NCBI GenBank assembly: GCA_037146995.1
Contig: JBAWWA010000004.1
Coordinates: forward strand, 4,077 to 68,076
Direction: 5' to 3'
Length of the DNA stretch: 64,000 bases
Origin: a bacterium
GTDB taxonomy: Bacteria; Patescibacteriota; Patescibacteriia; Patescibacteriales; GWE2-39-37
Shown: in pieces, positions 1 through 10,752 of the stretch
How the letters are laid out: each line of letters opens with the position of its first letter
Position numbering within the stretch: the first letter of the stretch is position 1
Position numbers and translations under genes: made by a program
Notes under the pieces: generated by a model
The model's database searches: none
What the model was told of the DNA's origin: nothing
What the model saw: only the letters and a program-made list of their open reading frames with translations

Positions 1-1
1 A

Positions 2-988
2 ATTAAGATAATTGGCGCCAGGGAACATAATCTCAAAAATATCGATGTTGAAATTCCGCTTGGTAAATTGGTGGCAATTACTGGAGTGTCTGGTTCTGGT
101 AAATCAACCTTAATGACCGATATATTAGCCAAGGCCTTGAACCAAAAATTTTATCGAGCAAAAGAAGCTCCGGGCAAACATGATAGAATAGATGGTTTAG
201 TGCATATTGATAAGGTTATAAACATTGATCAATCACCGATTGGTCGGACACCGCGCTCTAACCCGGCCACCTATACTGGGCTTTTTACGCCGATTCGTGA
301 TTTGTTTGCGGCTTTGCCAGAAGCAAAGATTAGAGGTTACAAGGCTGGGCGTTTTTCGTTTAACGTGGTTGGTGGTCGCTGTGAAGCTTGTGGTGGTGAT
401 GGTATGGTCAAGATAGAGATGCAATTTTTACCTGATGTTTATGTTGAGTGTGAGGTTTGTCATGGTGCCCGTTACAATAGGGAAGCCTTAGAAATTCATT
501 ATAAGGGCAAGAATATCTCGAATGTGTTAGGCATGACCATCGAAGAGGCAGCTGATTTTTTCGAACATATTCCCATGGTGTCACAAAAGTTGAAAACTTT
601 ATGTGAGGTTGGCCTTGGTTATGTTAAATTAGGTCAGTCGGCCACCACCTTGTCTGGTGGGGAGGCTCAGCGTATAAAATTAGCAACTGAATTATCACGT
701 CGAGCAACTGGCAAGACTTTGTATATATTAGACGAGCCAACAACTGGTTTGCATTTTGAGGATATTAAGAGATTGCTTTTAGTCTTAAATCGTTTAGTTG
801 ATAAGAGCAATTCGGTGCTTATCATTGAACACAATTTAGATGTCATTAAATCGGTTGATTATATTATTGATATGGGACCTGAGGGTGGTGATCAGGGAGG
901 GATCGTGGTTGCCAAGGGTACGCCAAAAGAAGTGGCAAAAAATAAAAATAGCTTAACCGGTGCTTATCTGGCTAAAATCCTGAAATAA
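2..988 (+). CDS. uvrA: Excinuclease ABC subunit A (UvrA), C-terminal part; 5' end lies outside the window
   Basis: Frame is open from the window edge ([37 protein letters not shown], Walker A). Zinc-finger [17 protein letters not shown] signature LSGGEAQR, Walker [13 protein letters not shown]. Confidence 0.95.
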   Translation: MKIIGAREHNLKNIDVEIPLGKLVAITGVSGSGKSTLMTDILAKALNQKFYRAKEAPGKHDRIDGLVHIDKVINIDQSPIGRTPRSNPATYTGLFTPIRDLFAALPEAKIRGYKAGRFSFNVVGGRCEACGGDGMVKIEMQFLPDVYVECEVCHGARYNREALEIHYKGKNISNVLGMTIEEAADFFEHIPMVSQKLKTLCEVGLGYVKLGQSATTLSGGEAQRIKLATELSRRATGKTLYILDEPTTGLHFEDIKRLLLVLNRLVDKSNSVLIIEHNLDVIKSVDYIIDMGPEGGDQGGIVVAKGTPKEVAKNKNSLTGAYLAKILK

Positions 989-998
989 TATAAATAAA

Positions 999-1023
999 CC
1001 CCGCTGAGTGAGCGGGGTTTTTT
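999..1023. terminator. Intrinsic terminator shared by convergent uvrA and the 1025-1606 ORF
   Basis: Stem CCCCGCT 999-1005 / AGCGGGG 1011-1017, loop GAGTG, T-run 1018-1023, A-rich on the other side. Confidence 0.8.
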
Positions 1024-1024
1024 G

Positions 1025-1606
1025 TTAAATCAGGGCTAACTTGCCGTAGCCCATCGAGTTTTTTTTATAGTAGGTTGTAGCTTCGCCCTCAGTTGTTATC
1101 TGAAAATAGCTGATGCGTTGCCATTGTTTTGAGATTGGACTCATGGCTACATTATTTCTGGGTGATAGTTGGATGTATTTTTTACCATTTTCCATGACAA
1201 AATTTACACTTGATATAGTGCCTGCCATGGTTATGCCAAGCGAATCCTCAAAAATAAATTTTCGATTTATAATATCGAAAACATTTTTTGGTAGGCCAAA
1301 ATTGCGCAGGGCGGTTTGATGGTGAAGTTGCTTCTCATTCAGAATTGTAACCTTGACTAACTTGTTGTCTGATTCGGTATCGGTTTTCCAAATATCACCA
1401 AACGAGCCAAGTTCCTTTACGGTTGCGCCATTGATCGTAAATTTGCTGGGTATAAATATTAACAGGCCCGTTCGGACGCTAGCACCTGAGATGGTACAGT
1501 AGCTGATTTGTTCATACTTAATCCCTCTTGGTGCTCGATATCTGACTTCAAGTATCTTGTCGAGCCAGGTGCTTGGATCTTGGGTGAGAGGCGATGATAA
1601 TGGCAT
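1025..1606 (-). CDS. Hypothetical protein (193 aa), no recognisable domain
   Basis: Long ORF. GGAGG lies 7 nt upstream of the ATG (minus strand tttGGAGGtattaaATG). Confidence 0.6.
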   Translation of the reverse strand: MPLSSPLTQDPSTWLDKILEVRYRAPRGIKYEQISYCTISGASVRTGLLIFIPSKFTINGATVKELGSFGDIWKTDTESDNKLVKVTILNEKQLHHQTALRNFGLPKNVFDIINRKFIFEDSLGITMAGTISSVNFVMENGKKYIQLSPRNNVAMSPISKQWQRISYFQITTEGEATTYYKKNSMGYGKLALI

Positions 1607-1779
1607 TTAATACCTCCAAATATGGAATGAACAAAAGCCTAATGGCTACTAATTGAATAGCACCTTTTTTAAAATATGTCAAGCTTGATAATTGCAAAAT
1701 AGGCTAATATTTGTTAAAATATTTTAAGGACAGGTAGAAGGTTTGACTCAAGAAGTAAAATAAAAGTAAGGTTAAAATT

Positions 1780-2907
1780 ATGACGAACATCTTGATAGTA
1801 TTTTTATTAGTGTTGTTATTGCTGGTTGTCGCAGTCATTGTTTTTTTGCTCATTAGGCAAGGGGCGGACAATTCGCAGGCCTTAGATTCAGAAAAATTAA
1901 AATTTTTGCTAGAAGGCTTGAGTGCTGAGAGTCGGGAACTTAGAAAGCACTTACGGGATGATAGCAAGGATTTACGGCAAATAATGGATTCTAAATTATC
2001 AGAAACTCATCGGGCAACTCAAGAACAGATCGGTCAGAGTATTAAAATGTCTCATGGTATTGCTGATCAAACTAGAAAAATTGTCGCGGAGGTGACGGAG
2101 AAATTAACCAAGCTCGATGAAACTAACAAACAAGTAGTTAATTTTTCTTCACAACTGCAAAATCTTCAAGATATATTAAAAAATCCCAAACAACGCGGAG
2201 TCTTGGGTGAATATTTTCTAGAAGAGACTTTGAAAAATGTCTTGCCGCCAAACTCGTATCAAATGCAGTATCCGTTCAAAGATGGGACAATTGTTGATGC
2301 CGTGGTTTTTGTCAAAGATAAAATCATACCAGTAGATTCAAAATTCTCATTGGAAAATTATGAGCGAATCTTGGGTGCAAGCGATAAAACGGCCAAGGAA
2401 AAGCTAGAAAAAGCTTTTAAGCAAGATTTGAAGAATCGCATTGACGAGACCTCTAAGTATATCAAGCCAGGCGAGGGAACGATGGAATTTGCATTCATGT
2501 TTATTCCTTCAGAAGCTATCTATTATGATTTGTTGGTTAATAAAGTGGGAACGGTCCAGATAAATACTAGGGATTTGATAGAGTATGCCTTCAAAGAAAG
2601 GCATGTTATTATAGTTTCACCCACCTCATTTCTGGCATATTTACAGACTGTGCTTCAAGGCTTGAGAGCAATGCAAATCGAAGAGAGTGCACAGCAAATT
2701 AAAATCAATGTCGAAAAGCTCGGCAAGCATATTATTGCCTATGATGATTATATAAAAAAACTTGGCAGCAGTCTTAATACCACCGTAAATCATTTTAATG
2801 CCGCCTCAAGAGAGTTTAAAAAAATTGATAAGGATGTACTAAAAATTGCTGGCGGTGAATCGGTCATTGAGACCTTATTAGTGGAAAAGATAAAAAACGA
2901 AGATTAA
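1780..2907 (+). CDS. rmuC: DNA recombination protein RmuC
   Basis: N-terminal TM helix, long coiled coil, then the RmuC nuclease-like core (MEFAFMFIPSEAIYYDLL, VIIVSPTSFLAYLQTVLQGL). Confidence 0.85.
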   Translation: MTNILIVFLLVLLLLVVAVIVFLLIRQGADNSQALDSEKLKFLLEGLSAESRELRKHLRDDSKDLRQIMDSKLSETHRATQEQIGQSIKMSHGIADQTRKIVAEVTEKLTKLDETNKQVVNFSSQLQNLQDILKNPKQRGVLGEYFLEETLKNVLPPNSYQMQYPFKDGTIVDAVVFVKDKIIPVDSKFSLENYERILGASDKTAKEKLEKAFKQDLKNRIDETSKYIKPGEGTMEFAFMFIPSEAIYYDLLVNKVGTVQINTRDLIEYAFKERHVIIVSPTSFLAYLQTVLQGLRAMQIEESAQQIKINVEKLGKHIIAYDDYIKKLGSSLNTTVNHFNAASREFKKIDKDVLKIAGGESVIETLLVEKIKNED

Positions 2908-2915
2908 GCAACCTA

Positions 2916-3842
2916 ATGAATGACCTTGATAAACAAATCGCAAAAGGCATTAGAAAAACCATTACGTGGTATGACATGTTTGATTTCCCTTTAACATTGA
3001 TGGAACTTTGGCGTTTTGGTTTGTATGATGCTGCTTGCGAATTGACAAGCGTCGATAATACTTTGTCTTTAATGCAGAGTGATATTAATCATTCTCATGG
3101 TTTTTACTATCTAAAAGGCCGAGAGGCCATTATTAAGACCAGGCAATTTCGCTATAGTTATGCCGACATTAAAGTTAAAAAAACTCTAAAAATTAGTAAG
3201 CTCTTTAGGTGGATTCCTTGGATAAAATTTATTGCCATCGTTAATATTTATGGTTCAGATAATCTGAAATCAAGTAGCGATATTGATCTTTTTATTATAA
3301 CTGCGCAAGGCAGGATTTGGTTATCACGATTATTCACGGTTGGCCTAATAAAGCTCCTAAATTTAAGGCCAACGAAAAATAATAAGCAGGATAAGTTTTG
3401 CCTAAGTTTTTTTATCGCCGAAAATGATTTAAATTTGACTCGAGTGAGAATAAAAAACGATTTATATTTTTCATACCTGGCTCATTTGATACCGGTTTAT
3501 GATAGGGGTGGCTATCTAGATAAACTTTATTGTGATAATTCATGGTTGAAACTTGATATGCCAAATTTTTCTCATGATCAAATTCATGGTCGACGGCAGG
3601 TCCGGTCATATTTTGGTGATAATTTTTTAAAGTTTAAGACAGTTTTTTTTGACATACTTGAGGCAGTAGTTAAAAAAATTCAATTGCGCATCTTGCCGAG
3701 TGCTATCAGCAACTTGATGAATGTGGACACGAGAGTTGTAATTAATGATAGTATTCTGAAGCTGCATACAAACGATAGTAGGCAACAATTAATTGAGCTT
3801 TATGAAAAAAAATATCATGACCTATTTGGAAAAATTGAATAA
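2916..3842 (+). CDS. Hypothetical protein with a nucleotidyltransferase-fold motif
   Basis: Pol-beta-type NTase signature GS-x8-DID (YGSDNLKSSSDIDLFIIT). Otherwise an orphan. Confidence 0.5.
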   Translation: MNDLDKQIAKGIRKTITWYDMFDFPLTLMELWRFGLYDAACELTSVDNTLSLMQSDINHSHGFYYLKGREAIIKTRQFRYSYADIKVKKTLKISKLFRWIPWIKFIAIVNIYGSDNLKSSSDIDLFIITAQGRIWLSRLFTVGLIKLLNLRPTKNNKQDKFCLSFFIAENDLNLTRVRIKNDLYFSYLAHLIPVYDRGGYLDKLYCDNSWLKLDMPNFSHDQIHGRRQVRSYFGDNFLKFKTVFFDILEAVVKKIQLRILPSAISNLMNVDTRVVINDSILKLHTNDSRQQLIELYEKKYHDLFGKIE

Positions 3843-4995
3843 ATACATATTGATTATTTTATTATTAGTCTGGCCGTGGCAAACGCGGTATTTTTTATGT
3901 CGTGGTGTGAGTGAATATACATCGTCCAGTATTTACGTGAGTGATTTATTAGTACTGATATTATTTTTACTTTTTGTATTTAGGGTTAAACAGCTTCTTG
4001 AGGCAAAAGGGATAATTAATTATTTTTTATTCAGCTTAATTCCGGTTGCCTTATTAGCTATTGCCCAGTTCTCACTTAACACTTCGTGGTCAACTAAGTG
4101 GCTGGGTCTGGCGAAACATGACCCCTTAACACTTGGTCAAGTTGTAATCGAGTTACCAAATGGCGAGCGGCTACTCCGGGCGTATGGTTCATTTGATCAT
4201 CCGAATATTTTGGGTGGCGTATTGGCCGTTGCTTTGTGGTTGCTTATTTTTTTGCCGAACAGTTTTAGTAGTCGCATTAAAATTTTTTTAGTTTTACTTT
4301 TTTCGACTGGATTATTTTTTTCATTTTCGCGTGCCGCCTGGTTTGGTTTTTTAGTAGGACTTATCATTTATGGCGGTCTTAATTTTAAAGAAGTTAAAAA
4401 TGTTTTAGCCAGATACGTGGAAAATAAAAAGACTCGAGCTAAACCATTTCAGGGTAAAAAATTGCCTGAATCTGTAGAATTAATGTTCGTGGTTTTTTTG
4501 TGTACTCTAATGTTATCATTTATTTATAGAGACTTGTTATTTAACCGACTGTCATTCGAGGGTCGACTTGAATATAAATCTGTTAATGAAAGGGTAAGTT
4601 ACTATCATGATGCTATAGATATTTTTTCTCATGTGCCATTCCTCGGCACTGGCTATGGAAATTATGTGCCAACCTTAATGAGATTAAAGCCTGGTTTGCA
4701 AACTTGGGAATATCAGCCCGTACATAATGTGTTTGTTTTAATATTGGTCGAGTTGGGCCTTGTTCGTTTTGTAATGCTTTTTATAACAATTTGGTGGTTA
4801 AAGTTGGCGTTGCAAAGGAGAAGCGGCCTAATTATGACGCCACTATTGTCTGGTTTTCTAGTTTCAATATTCATAATGATGCTTTTTGATCATTGGTGGT
4901 GGAGTTTACATGTGGGCCTTCTTTTAATTGGCCTACTTGGATTAATTGGTGTAAAATTAATGAATAATAATAAACAAAATATATGTATAAAATAG
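3802..4995 (+). CDS. O-antigen ligase / Wzy-like polytopic membrane protein
   Basis: About 10 TM helices with the Wzy_C-type loop FSFSRAAWFGFLVGLI. Start is uncertain (TTG 3793, ATG 3802 or ATG 3817); it overlaps the end of the upstream ORF. Confidence 0.7.
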   Translation: MKKNIMTYLEKLNKYILIILLLVWPWQTRYFLCRGVSEYTSSSIYVSDLLVLILFLLFVFRVKQLLEAKGIINYFLFSLIPVALLAIAQFSLNTSWSTKWLGLAKHDPLTLGQVVIELPNGERLLRAYGSFDHPNILGGVLAVALWLLIFLPNSFSSRIKIFLVLLFSTGLFFSFSRAAWFGFLVGLIIYGGLNFKEVKNVLARYVENKKTRAKPFQGKKLPESVELMFVVFLCTLMLSFIYRDLLFNRLSFEGRLEYKSVNERVSYYHDAIDIFSHVPFLGTGYGNYVPTLMRLKPGLQTWEYQPVHNVFVLILVELGLVRFVMLFITIWWLKLALQRRSGLIMTPLLSGFLVSIFIMMLFDHWWWSLHVGLLLIGLLGLIGVKLMNNNKQNICIK

Positions 4996-6287
4996 CAACT
5001 TATAAGAATGGACTCAAGGTTTTGACAGCCCCTGTTTCAGGCTCGAAAACGGTGACGGTGTTAGTGGCTATTGGTACTGGTTCGAAATATGAAAATAAGG
5101 AGAATAATGGAGTTTCTCATTTTCTTGAACATATGTTTTTTAAGGGGACTAAAAAATTTGCCACACCCTTGTCTTTGGCTAGTGCTATGGACGTCACTGG
5201 TGGGGAGTATAACGCCTTCACTGGCAAGGAAATGACGGCATATTACATGAAGGTCGATGCTAAAAAGGCTGATCGAGCCCTCGAATTGATTTCAGACATG
5301 CTGGTAAATTCTAAATTCGCTGAAGCGGAATTTGAGAGAGAGCGAGGTGTTATCATCGAGGAAATAAATATGTATGAGGATAATCCAATGATGTACGTTG
5401 AGGATTTATTTGAACAATGTTTATATGGTGATACGGCAGCTGGCTGGGATACGGCAGGTGACAAAGAAAATATAAAAAAAATGAAACGCAGTGACTTGGT
5501 TGATTATTTTACCAGTCAATATCAATTGCACAATACTTTAATTTGTGTCGCTGGCGCCTTGCCGAGCGGACTTGAGGCAAGAATTAATAAATATTTTGGC
5601 AATTATGCTAAAAATAAAAAACCGATTGACTTCATTGACAAGCAATCAGTCTTTGTCGAGCAGGATAAGGCGGCGGTAAAATTGAAATATAAAAAAACTG
5701 ATCAAGCTCATTTGTCACTTGGTGTTCCGACTTTTGCAACTGGGGATAAGCGTGAGACGATTATTAAAATAATTTCAGTTATTTTGGGAGGCTCAATGAG
5801 TTCCAGACTATTTACTGAGTTACGTGAAAAACGTGGTATGGCTTATTATGTGCATACGCAGGCTGAGGGTTATACGGATGCTGGCTATCTAACTACTCAA
5901 GCCGGTGTACCGGTTGATAAAGTCGATGAAGCTATTGAGTGTATTTTGCTCGAGTACAAAAAAATTAGCAGTGTTTTATTAAAAAAAGAAGAGCTTGCAA
6001 GAATTAAAGAGATGCTCAACGGTAAAATTGTGATGAAACTTGAGGGTTCTGATGATGTTGCCAATTGGTATGCGAGACAGGCTATCCTGTCAATTACTCA
6101 GGCGCGTGAACAAGGTAAGGGTAAAATTATTATGGAGCCAAAAACATTTTTGGCACAATTAAATAAAATAACGCCAGAGGACATTAGGTCAGTTGCTAAA
6201 GAAATATTCAAGGCTGAAAAATTAAATCTTGCGATTATTGGTCCCTATGAAGATTATGAAAAATTTGAAAATTTGTTAAAGCTATAA
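4983..6287 (+). CDS. M16 (pitrilysin/insulinase) family zinc peptidase
   Basis: Inverted zinc motif HxxEH (HFLEHMFFKGT) and downstream EE..E (RGVIIEEINMYED). Confidence 0.85.
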   Translation: MYKIATYKNGLKVLTAPVSGSKTVTVLVAIGTGSKYENKENNGVSHFLEHMFFKGTKKFATPLSLASAMDVTGGEYNAFTGKEMTAYYMKVDAKKADRALELISDMLVNSKFAEAEFERERGVIIEEINMYEDNPMMYVEDLFEQCLYGDTAAGWDTAGDKENIKKMKRSDLVDYFTSQYQLHNTLICVAGALPSGLEARINKYFGNYAKNKKPIDFIDKQSVFVEQDKAAVKLKYKKTDQAHLSLGVPTFATGDKRETIIKIISVILGGSMSSRLFTELREKRGMAYYVHTQAEGYTDAGYLTTQAGVPVDKVDEAIECILLEYKKISSVLLKKEELARIKEMLNGKIVMKLEGSDDVANWYARQAILSITQAREQGKGKIIMEPKTFLAQLNKITPEDIRSVAKEIFKAEKLNLAIIGPYEDYEKFENLLKL

Positions 6288-6288
6288 C

Positions 6289-9200
6289 ATGTCGAATTTG
6301 ATGGAACAATTAAATGAGGCACAGTTAGAAGCTGTCATGCACAAAGACGGCCCGCTTTTAATTGTAGCAGGGGCGGGAACTGGCAAGACGCATTTGTTGA
6401 CGCAAAAGATCGGTTATATGATCGAGCAGGGCTGGGCTGAGTCTGATCAAATCTTGGCTTTGACATTTACCGATAAGGCGGCCAATGAGATGGAAGAAAG
6501 AGTTGATCGGTTGCTGCCGATGGGTTATTTTGATTTATGGATCTTGACCTTTCATGGATTTGCCGAAAAAATAATTAAAACGCATGGTCTCGATATCGGC
6601 TTGCCAGTTGACTATAAATTATTGAATGATTTTGAGCAATGGATTTTGGTAAATAAGAATTTGGATAAATTTGAACTGGCATATTATCGCCCAGCAGGTA
6701 ATCCAAGTAAATTCATTGATGCTTTGCTGCGACATTTTTCTAGACTTAAGGATGAAAATATCAGCCCTTTAGAATATTTAGAATATACAAATAGTTTGTT
6801 GTCTGAGTTGCAATTAGCTAAAGGTATTTATACGAAGGTTGAAAATTCAACCGAGGGATTGAAGCTAACAAGGCTTCATCAGTTGCGTCTACAAATGGCG
6901 CTCGATGACGTAACTGATGAGATGCTGGAGCAAGAGGTACTACGTCTCCATGAAGTTGCTAGAGCTTATGCTGTTTATCAGCAATTATTACTTGATAATG
7001 CCTCACTTGATTTTGGCGATTTGATTGTTTATTGTCTCAAGCTTTTCCGCGAACGACCATATATCTTGGCTCAGTATCAGGAACAATTTAAATTCATTTT
7101 AGTCGATGAATTTCAAGATACTAATTGGGCTCAATATGAGTTGGTTAAGCTGTTATCAGCCAAGAGTGGCAATTTGATAGTGGTTGGTGACGACGATCAG
7201 GCAATTTATCGATTTCGTGGTGCGTCGATGAGCAACATTTTGCAATTTAAAAAAGATTTTCCGAGATCAAGGCAGGTTGTTCTGGTTGAAAATTATCGAA
7301 GTTGCCAGGCGATACTTGACCTCTCTTATGATTTTGTGAAGCTTAATAATCCGAATCGACTTGAGGCTCAGTTTGCCTTAATCGAAAATGAAAAGCCGCT
7401 GCTCAAGAAATTGATCGCCTCACGTTCAGAAAAGGCGGAAATTGAAGTGATTGAAGGCACTAATCTCGAAGATGAAGTTTCATTGGTCATAAATAAAATT
7501 GTAGAATTAAAAAGCTCTAACGGGTCTATTGGCTGGGGTGATTTTGCAATTTTGGTACGAGCTAATGACAGCGCCAAGGATTTTTGCGCGTTAATGGAGA
7601 AATTGGAATTACCATATCAATTTATTGCCTCAAAAGGTTTGTATGTAAAGCCATTGATTATGGATATTATGGCTTATCTCCAACTGCTTGATGATTATCA
7701 TGAAAGTAGGGCACTTTATCGGGTGCTTAATATGAAGATTTGGACCTTTACTGAAAAGGAGCTGATCGACTTTAATTTCGCCGCTAGTAAAAAATCAATT
7801 TCACTTTATGAGGTCTTGTTAACTGCTGATAAGTTTGATTTTACCGCCAAGACCAAAGACAAAATCATACCTCTATTGGATATGATCAAGGTTCACACGG
7901 AAATGGCGAGAGAAAAAAATGCCAATGAGGTTGTTTTGGCTTTTGTTAATGACAGCGGCTTGTTAAAAGAAGTGGTTGATCAGCCAGGAGTTCAGGCTAA
8001 AGAGGATTTAGCATACTTGAACCAATTTATGAAGCGCGTTAAGGCCTTTGAGCAAGGCTCAGCGGATAAAAAAGTGAAAAGCCTTGTGACTGAGTTAGCG
8101 ATGGAGATTCAGGCAGGCGAGCAAGGCGCCCTAGCTATCGATGTTGAGGTTGGTCCAGACACGATCAAGGTAATGACTGTACATGGATCAAAAGGGTTAG
8201 AATTTAAGCATGTATTTATAGTAAATCTGGTTGATAAGCGGTTTCCCGCTATCTCACGCTCGGAAGCAATTAGCATTCCAAGTGCTTTAATAAAAGAACA
8301 ATTGCCAGCTGGTAATTACCACTTAGAAGAGGAGCGGCGCCTGTTTTATGTGGCCATGACTCGCGCTAAAGATGGTTTATTTTTTTCTTGGGCCAGTGAT
8401 TATGGTGGCGCGAGAAAGAAAAAGCCTTCGCGGTTTTTGATTGAGACTGGGTTGGTGCAAGACTCGAAGGAACCAAAAATAAAAAAAACAGCAACCTTGA
8501 CTGAAGATATATTTCAAAAAGCCACAAGTAATAAAATTGTCGTGGCTGAAAATTTTGTCCTAGATTTATCTTACGTGTCCTATTCGCAAATTGAAGCGTA
8601 CAATAAATGCCCGTACCAATATAGATTTGCGCATATTTTAAAAATTCCTATCAGGGGTAAGGGTGTTTTTTCATTCGGCAAAACGATGCATGCAGTTTTG
8701 CAAAAAACGATTGAAAAAGTCAGGGAACGCCAAAATACAGCGCCAGTTAGTCTGTTTGATAATCAAGAAAAGAATGATGGTGGTGTTGTGATTAGTCTTG
8801 ATGAAATATTTGAAATATACAAAGAATCATGGCTGGATGATTGGTATAGTAACGCTGAACAAAGACAAGAATATTATGACAAGGGACTGCAAATTTTGAC
8901 TGAATTTTATCATAAATTTAAGGACCAATGGCCTGACAATATTTTGACGGAAAAGAAGTTTAATTTGAAAATTGTTGATGGGGCTGATGTTTATACGGTT
9001 CGTGGGGCAATCGATCGTGTGGACAGGGCAGATGACGGTTGGCGCATTATAGATTATAAAACTGGCAATCCAAAAGATAAATTAACATTTGATGAAAAAA
9101 AACAGTTATTAATATATCAGTTAGCGGTCAGGGATTTATTCAAGGAAAAAGTGGTGGGCCTGGTCTTTTATTATTTGGAAAATAATACCGAAGTAGAGTT

Positions 9201-9348
9201 TATTGGTACTGAACAAGAGTTGGAAAAGGTGGTTGAGGAGATAAAAGCAACTGTACAAGAGATTAAAAAAGGTGATTTTTCACCTACGCCATCACCGCTT
9301 TGCAAATTTTGTGATTTTTTTGATATTTGCGAATTCAGAAAAGGGTAA
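6289..9348 (+). CDS. UvrD/PcrA/AddA-type superfamily-1 helicase fused to a C-terminal Cas4/AddB-type PD-(D/E)XK nuclease
   Basis: Helicase motifs AGAGTGKT, LVDEFQDTN, VGDDDQAIYRFRGA, VMTVHGSKGLEF, YVAMTRAK. C-terminal Cys pattern C-x(n)-CxxCxxxxxC (CPYQY .. CKFCDFFDIC) and the nuclease core IDRVD..DYK. Confidence 0.85.
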   Translation: MSNLMEQLNEAQLEAVMHKDGPLLIVAGAGTGKTHLLTQKIGYMIEQGWAESDQILALTFTDKAANEMEERVDRLLPMGYFDLWILTFHGFAEKIIKTHGLDIGLPVDYKLLNDFEQWILVNKNLDKFELAYYRPAGNPSKFIDALLRHFSRLKDENISPLEYLEYTNSLLSELQLAKGIYTKVENSTEGLKLTRLHQLRLQMALDDVTDEMLEQEVLRLHEVARAYAVYQQLLLDNASLDFGDLIVYCLKLFRERPYILAQYQEQFKFILVDEFQDTNWAQYELVKLLSAKSGNLIVVGDDDQAIYRFRGASMSNILQFKKDFPRSRQVVLVENYRSCQAILDLSYDFVKLNNPNRLEAQFALIENEKPLLKKLIASRSEKAEIEVIEGTNLEDEVSLVINKIVELKSSNGSIGWGDFAILVRANDSAKDFCALMEKLELPYQFIASKGLYVKPLIMDIMAYLQLLDDYHESRALYRVLNMKIWTFTEKELIDFNFAASKKSISLYEVLLTADKFDFTAKTKDKIIPLLDMIKVHTEMAREKNANEVVLAFVNDSGLLKEVVDQPGVQAKEDLAYLNQFMKRVKAFEQGSADKKVKSLVTELAMEIQAGEQGALAIDVEVGPDTIKVMTVHGSKGLEFKHVFIVNLVDKRFPAISRSEAISIPSALIKEQLPAGNYHLEEERRLFYVAMTRAKDGLFFSWASDYGGARKKKPSRFLIETGLVQDSKEPKIKKTATLTEDIFQKATSNKIVVAENFVLDLSYVSYSQIEAYNKCPYQYRFAHILKIPIRGKGVFSFGKTMHAVLQKTIEKVRERQNTAPVSLFDNQEKNDGGVVISLDEIFEIYKESWLDDWYSNAEQRQEYYDKGLQILTEFYHKFKDQWPDNILTEKKFNLKIVDGADVYTVRGAIDRVDRADDGWRIIDYKTGNPKDKLTFDEKKQLLIYQLAVRDLFKEKVVGLVFYYLENNTEVEFIGTEQELEKVVEEIKATVQEIKKGDFSPTPSPLCKFCDFFDICEFRKG

Positions 9349-9368
9349 AAATATTATTAACAAAAAAT

Positions 9369-10400
9369 ATGATTAACGTTGAAAAATTAGGCTTACTACT
9401 TGAGCCGACGGCAAATTTATTTGAATCGAGGGCTGTTTTGAATCCTGCAGTTTATCAAGAGGGTAATGATGTGCATATTATCTATAGAGCAATTGATGAT
9501 AAATATGTCTCTTCTTTGGGTTATGCGAAATTGCAGGGGCCAACCACTATCGTTGAGCGCTGGGATAAACCTTTCATGTCGCCAAAAATCAAGGCAGAAT
9601 CAATGGGCATAGAGGATCCGCGAATTGTCAGAATTGATGGTATTTTTTATATGACCTATGTCGCCCATGACGGTAAAAATGCGGTTTCATATTTAGCTTC
9701 AGGGGATAATTTGTTTGAACTTGGTCGAGATGGCTTGATTAGTCCGAAGATTCCTTACAAAGAGGCAGGGGAGATTTTTCGCTATCAGAAATTGAAAGAT
9801 GATTATTATTTTTTTGAGGCATTTTATAAAGAATATGGTGGGAAAAATGTTTTAATCTGGCACAAGGACTCAATTTTATTTCCAGAAAAAATCAATGGAG
9901 AGTTTAAAATGCTGCAAAGGATTTTGCCAGATATCCAGCTTATTGGTTTCGAAGATTTCGGGTCATTAAAAGAGAAATATTTTTGGATAAATTACCTGTT
10001 AAATGATTTGGCAAGCAGTGTGGTGTTAGAGGGGCAACTTAGTTTTGAGGGGCGAAATATTGGCGGTGGTTGTCCGCCAATTAGAACAAAAGATGGTTGG
10101 CTTGTTATTTATCATGGCGTTCAGGAGTCAAATGAAAAACGTGTATATCGAGCTTGTGCCGCCTTGCTTGATTTGAATAACCCACAAAAATTGATTGCAA
10201 AATTGCCATACCCATTGTTTGAGCCAGGTAATGAGGCGGAAAATGTCGGCTTGGTAAATAACGTTGTTTTTCCTACTGGAACTGCGCTATTTGGCGATGA
10301 TCTGTATATATATTATGGCGCAGCAGATACTAGAATCGCTGTGGCAAAAGTCAGTCTAGAGTCGTTATTGAGCGAATTAAAAAATAATCCATTTCATTAG
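9369..10400 (+). CDS. Glycoside hydrolase family 130-like (beta-mannoside phosphorylase-type) protein
   Basis: GH130-like blocks NPAVY..IYRA, GIEDPRIVRIDGIFYMTYVAHDG, YYGAADTRIAVA. I chose ATG 9369; the longer TTG 9327 ORF overlaps the helicase gene. Confidence 0.7.
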   Translation: MINVEKLGLLLEPTANLFESRAVLNPAVYQEGNDVHIIYRAIDDKYVSSLGYAKLQGPTTIVERWDKPFMSPKIKAESMGIEDPRIVRIDGIFYMTYVAHDGKNAVSYLASGDNLFELGRDGLISPKIPYKEAGEIFRYQKLKDDYYFFEAFYKEYGGKNVLIWHKDSILFPEKINGEFKMLQRILPDIQLIGFEDFGSLKEKYFWINYLLNDLASSVVLEGQLSFEGRNIGGGCPPIRTKDGWLVIYHGVQESNEKRVYRACAALLDLNNPQKLIAKLPYPLFEPGNEAENVGLVNNVVFPTGTALFGDDLYIYYGAADTRIAVAKVSLESLLSELKNNPFH

Positions 10401-10401
10401 T

Positions 10402-10692
10402 ATGGATTTGATTGCTGACATATTACCTAATGCGTTACGTCGTGGTGGCTTTGGTAGAAAGATTAGGGAAGCTGAAATTTTAGATTATTTTAATTTAGAA
10501 TTTGATAATTTTCTACCTGGTGATGTGCGTAGTTCTGTTCAAGTAGTAAAAATCGATGGTAGTGTCGCAACTATTGCATCACTATCCGGGTTTGCGTTGC
10601 GTGAACTAAAGCGATTGGAAGTGGTAATTTTGGCCAATATTAACAAAAAAATAACCGGTAAAAAGATTTTAAGAATTCGTTATTTGGCTTGA
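10402..10692 (+). CDS. Small DUF721/DciA-like protein
   Basis: 96 aa. The pattern (..ILDYF..FLPGDV...VKIDGSVATIASLSGFALRELK) resembles DUF721 proteins. Similarity was judged by eye only. Confidence 0.4.
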   Translation: MDLIADILPNALRRGGFGRKIREAEILDYFNLEFDNFLPGDVRSSVQVVKIDGSVATIASLSGFALRELKRLEVVILANINKKITGKKILRIRYLA

Positions 10693-10752
10693 AAAATCTC
10701 GAAAATCATGTTAAATTAATAAAGTAGCCTTAAAGCTATTTTATTTTTTTTC

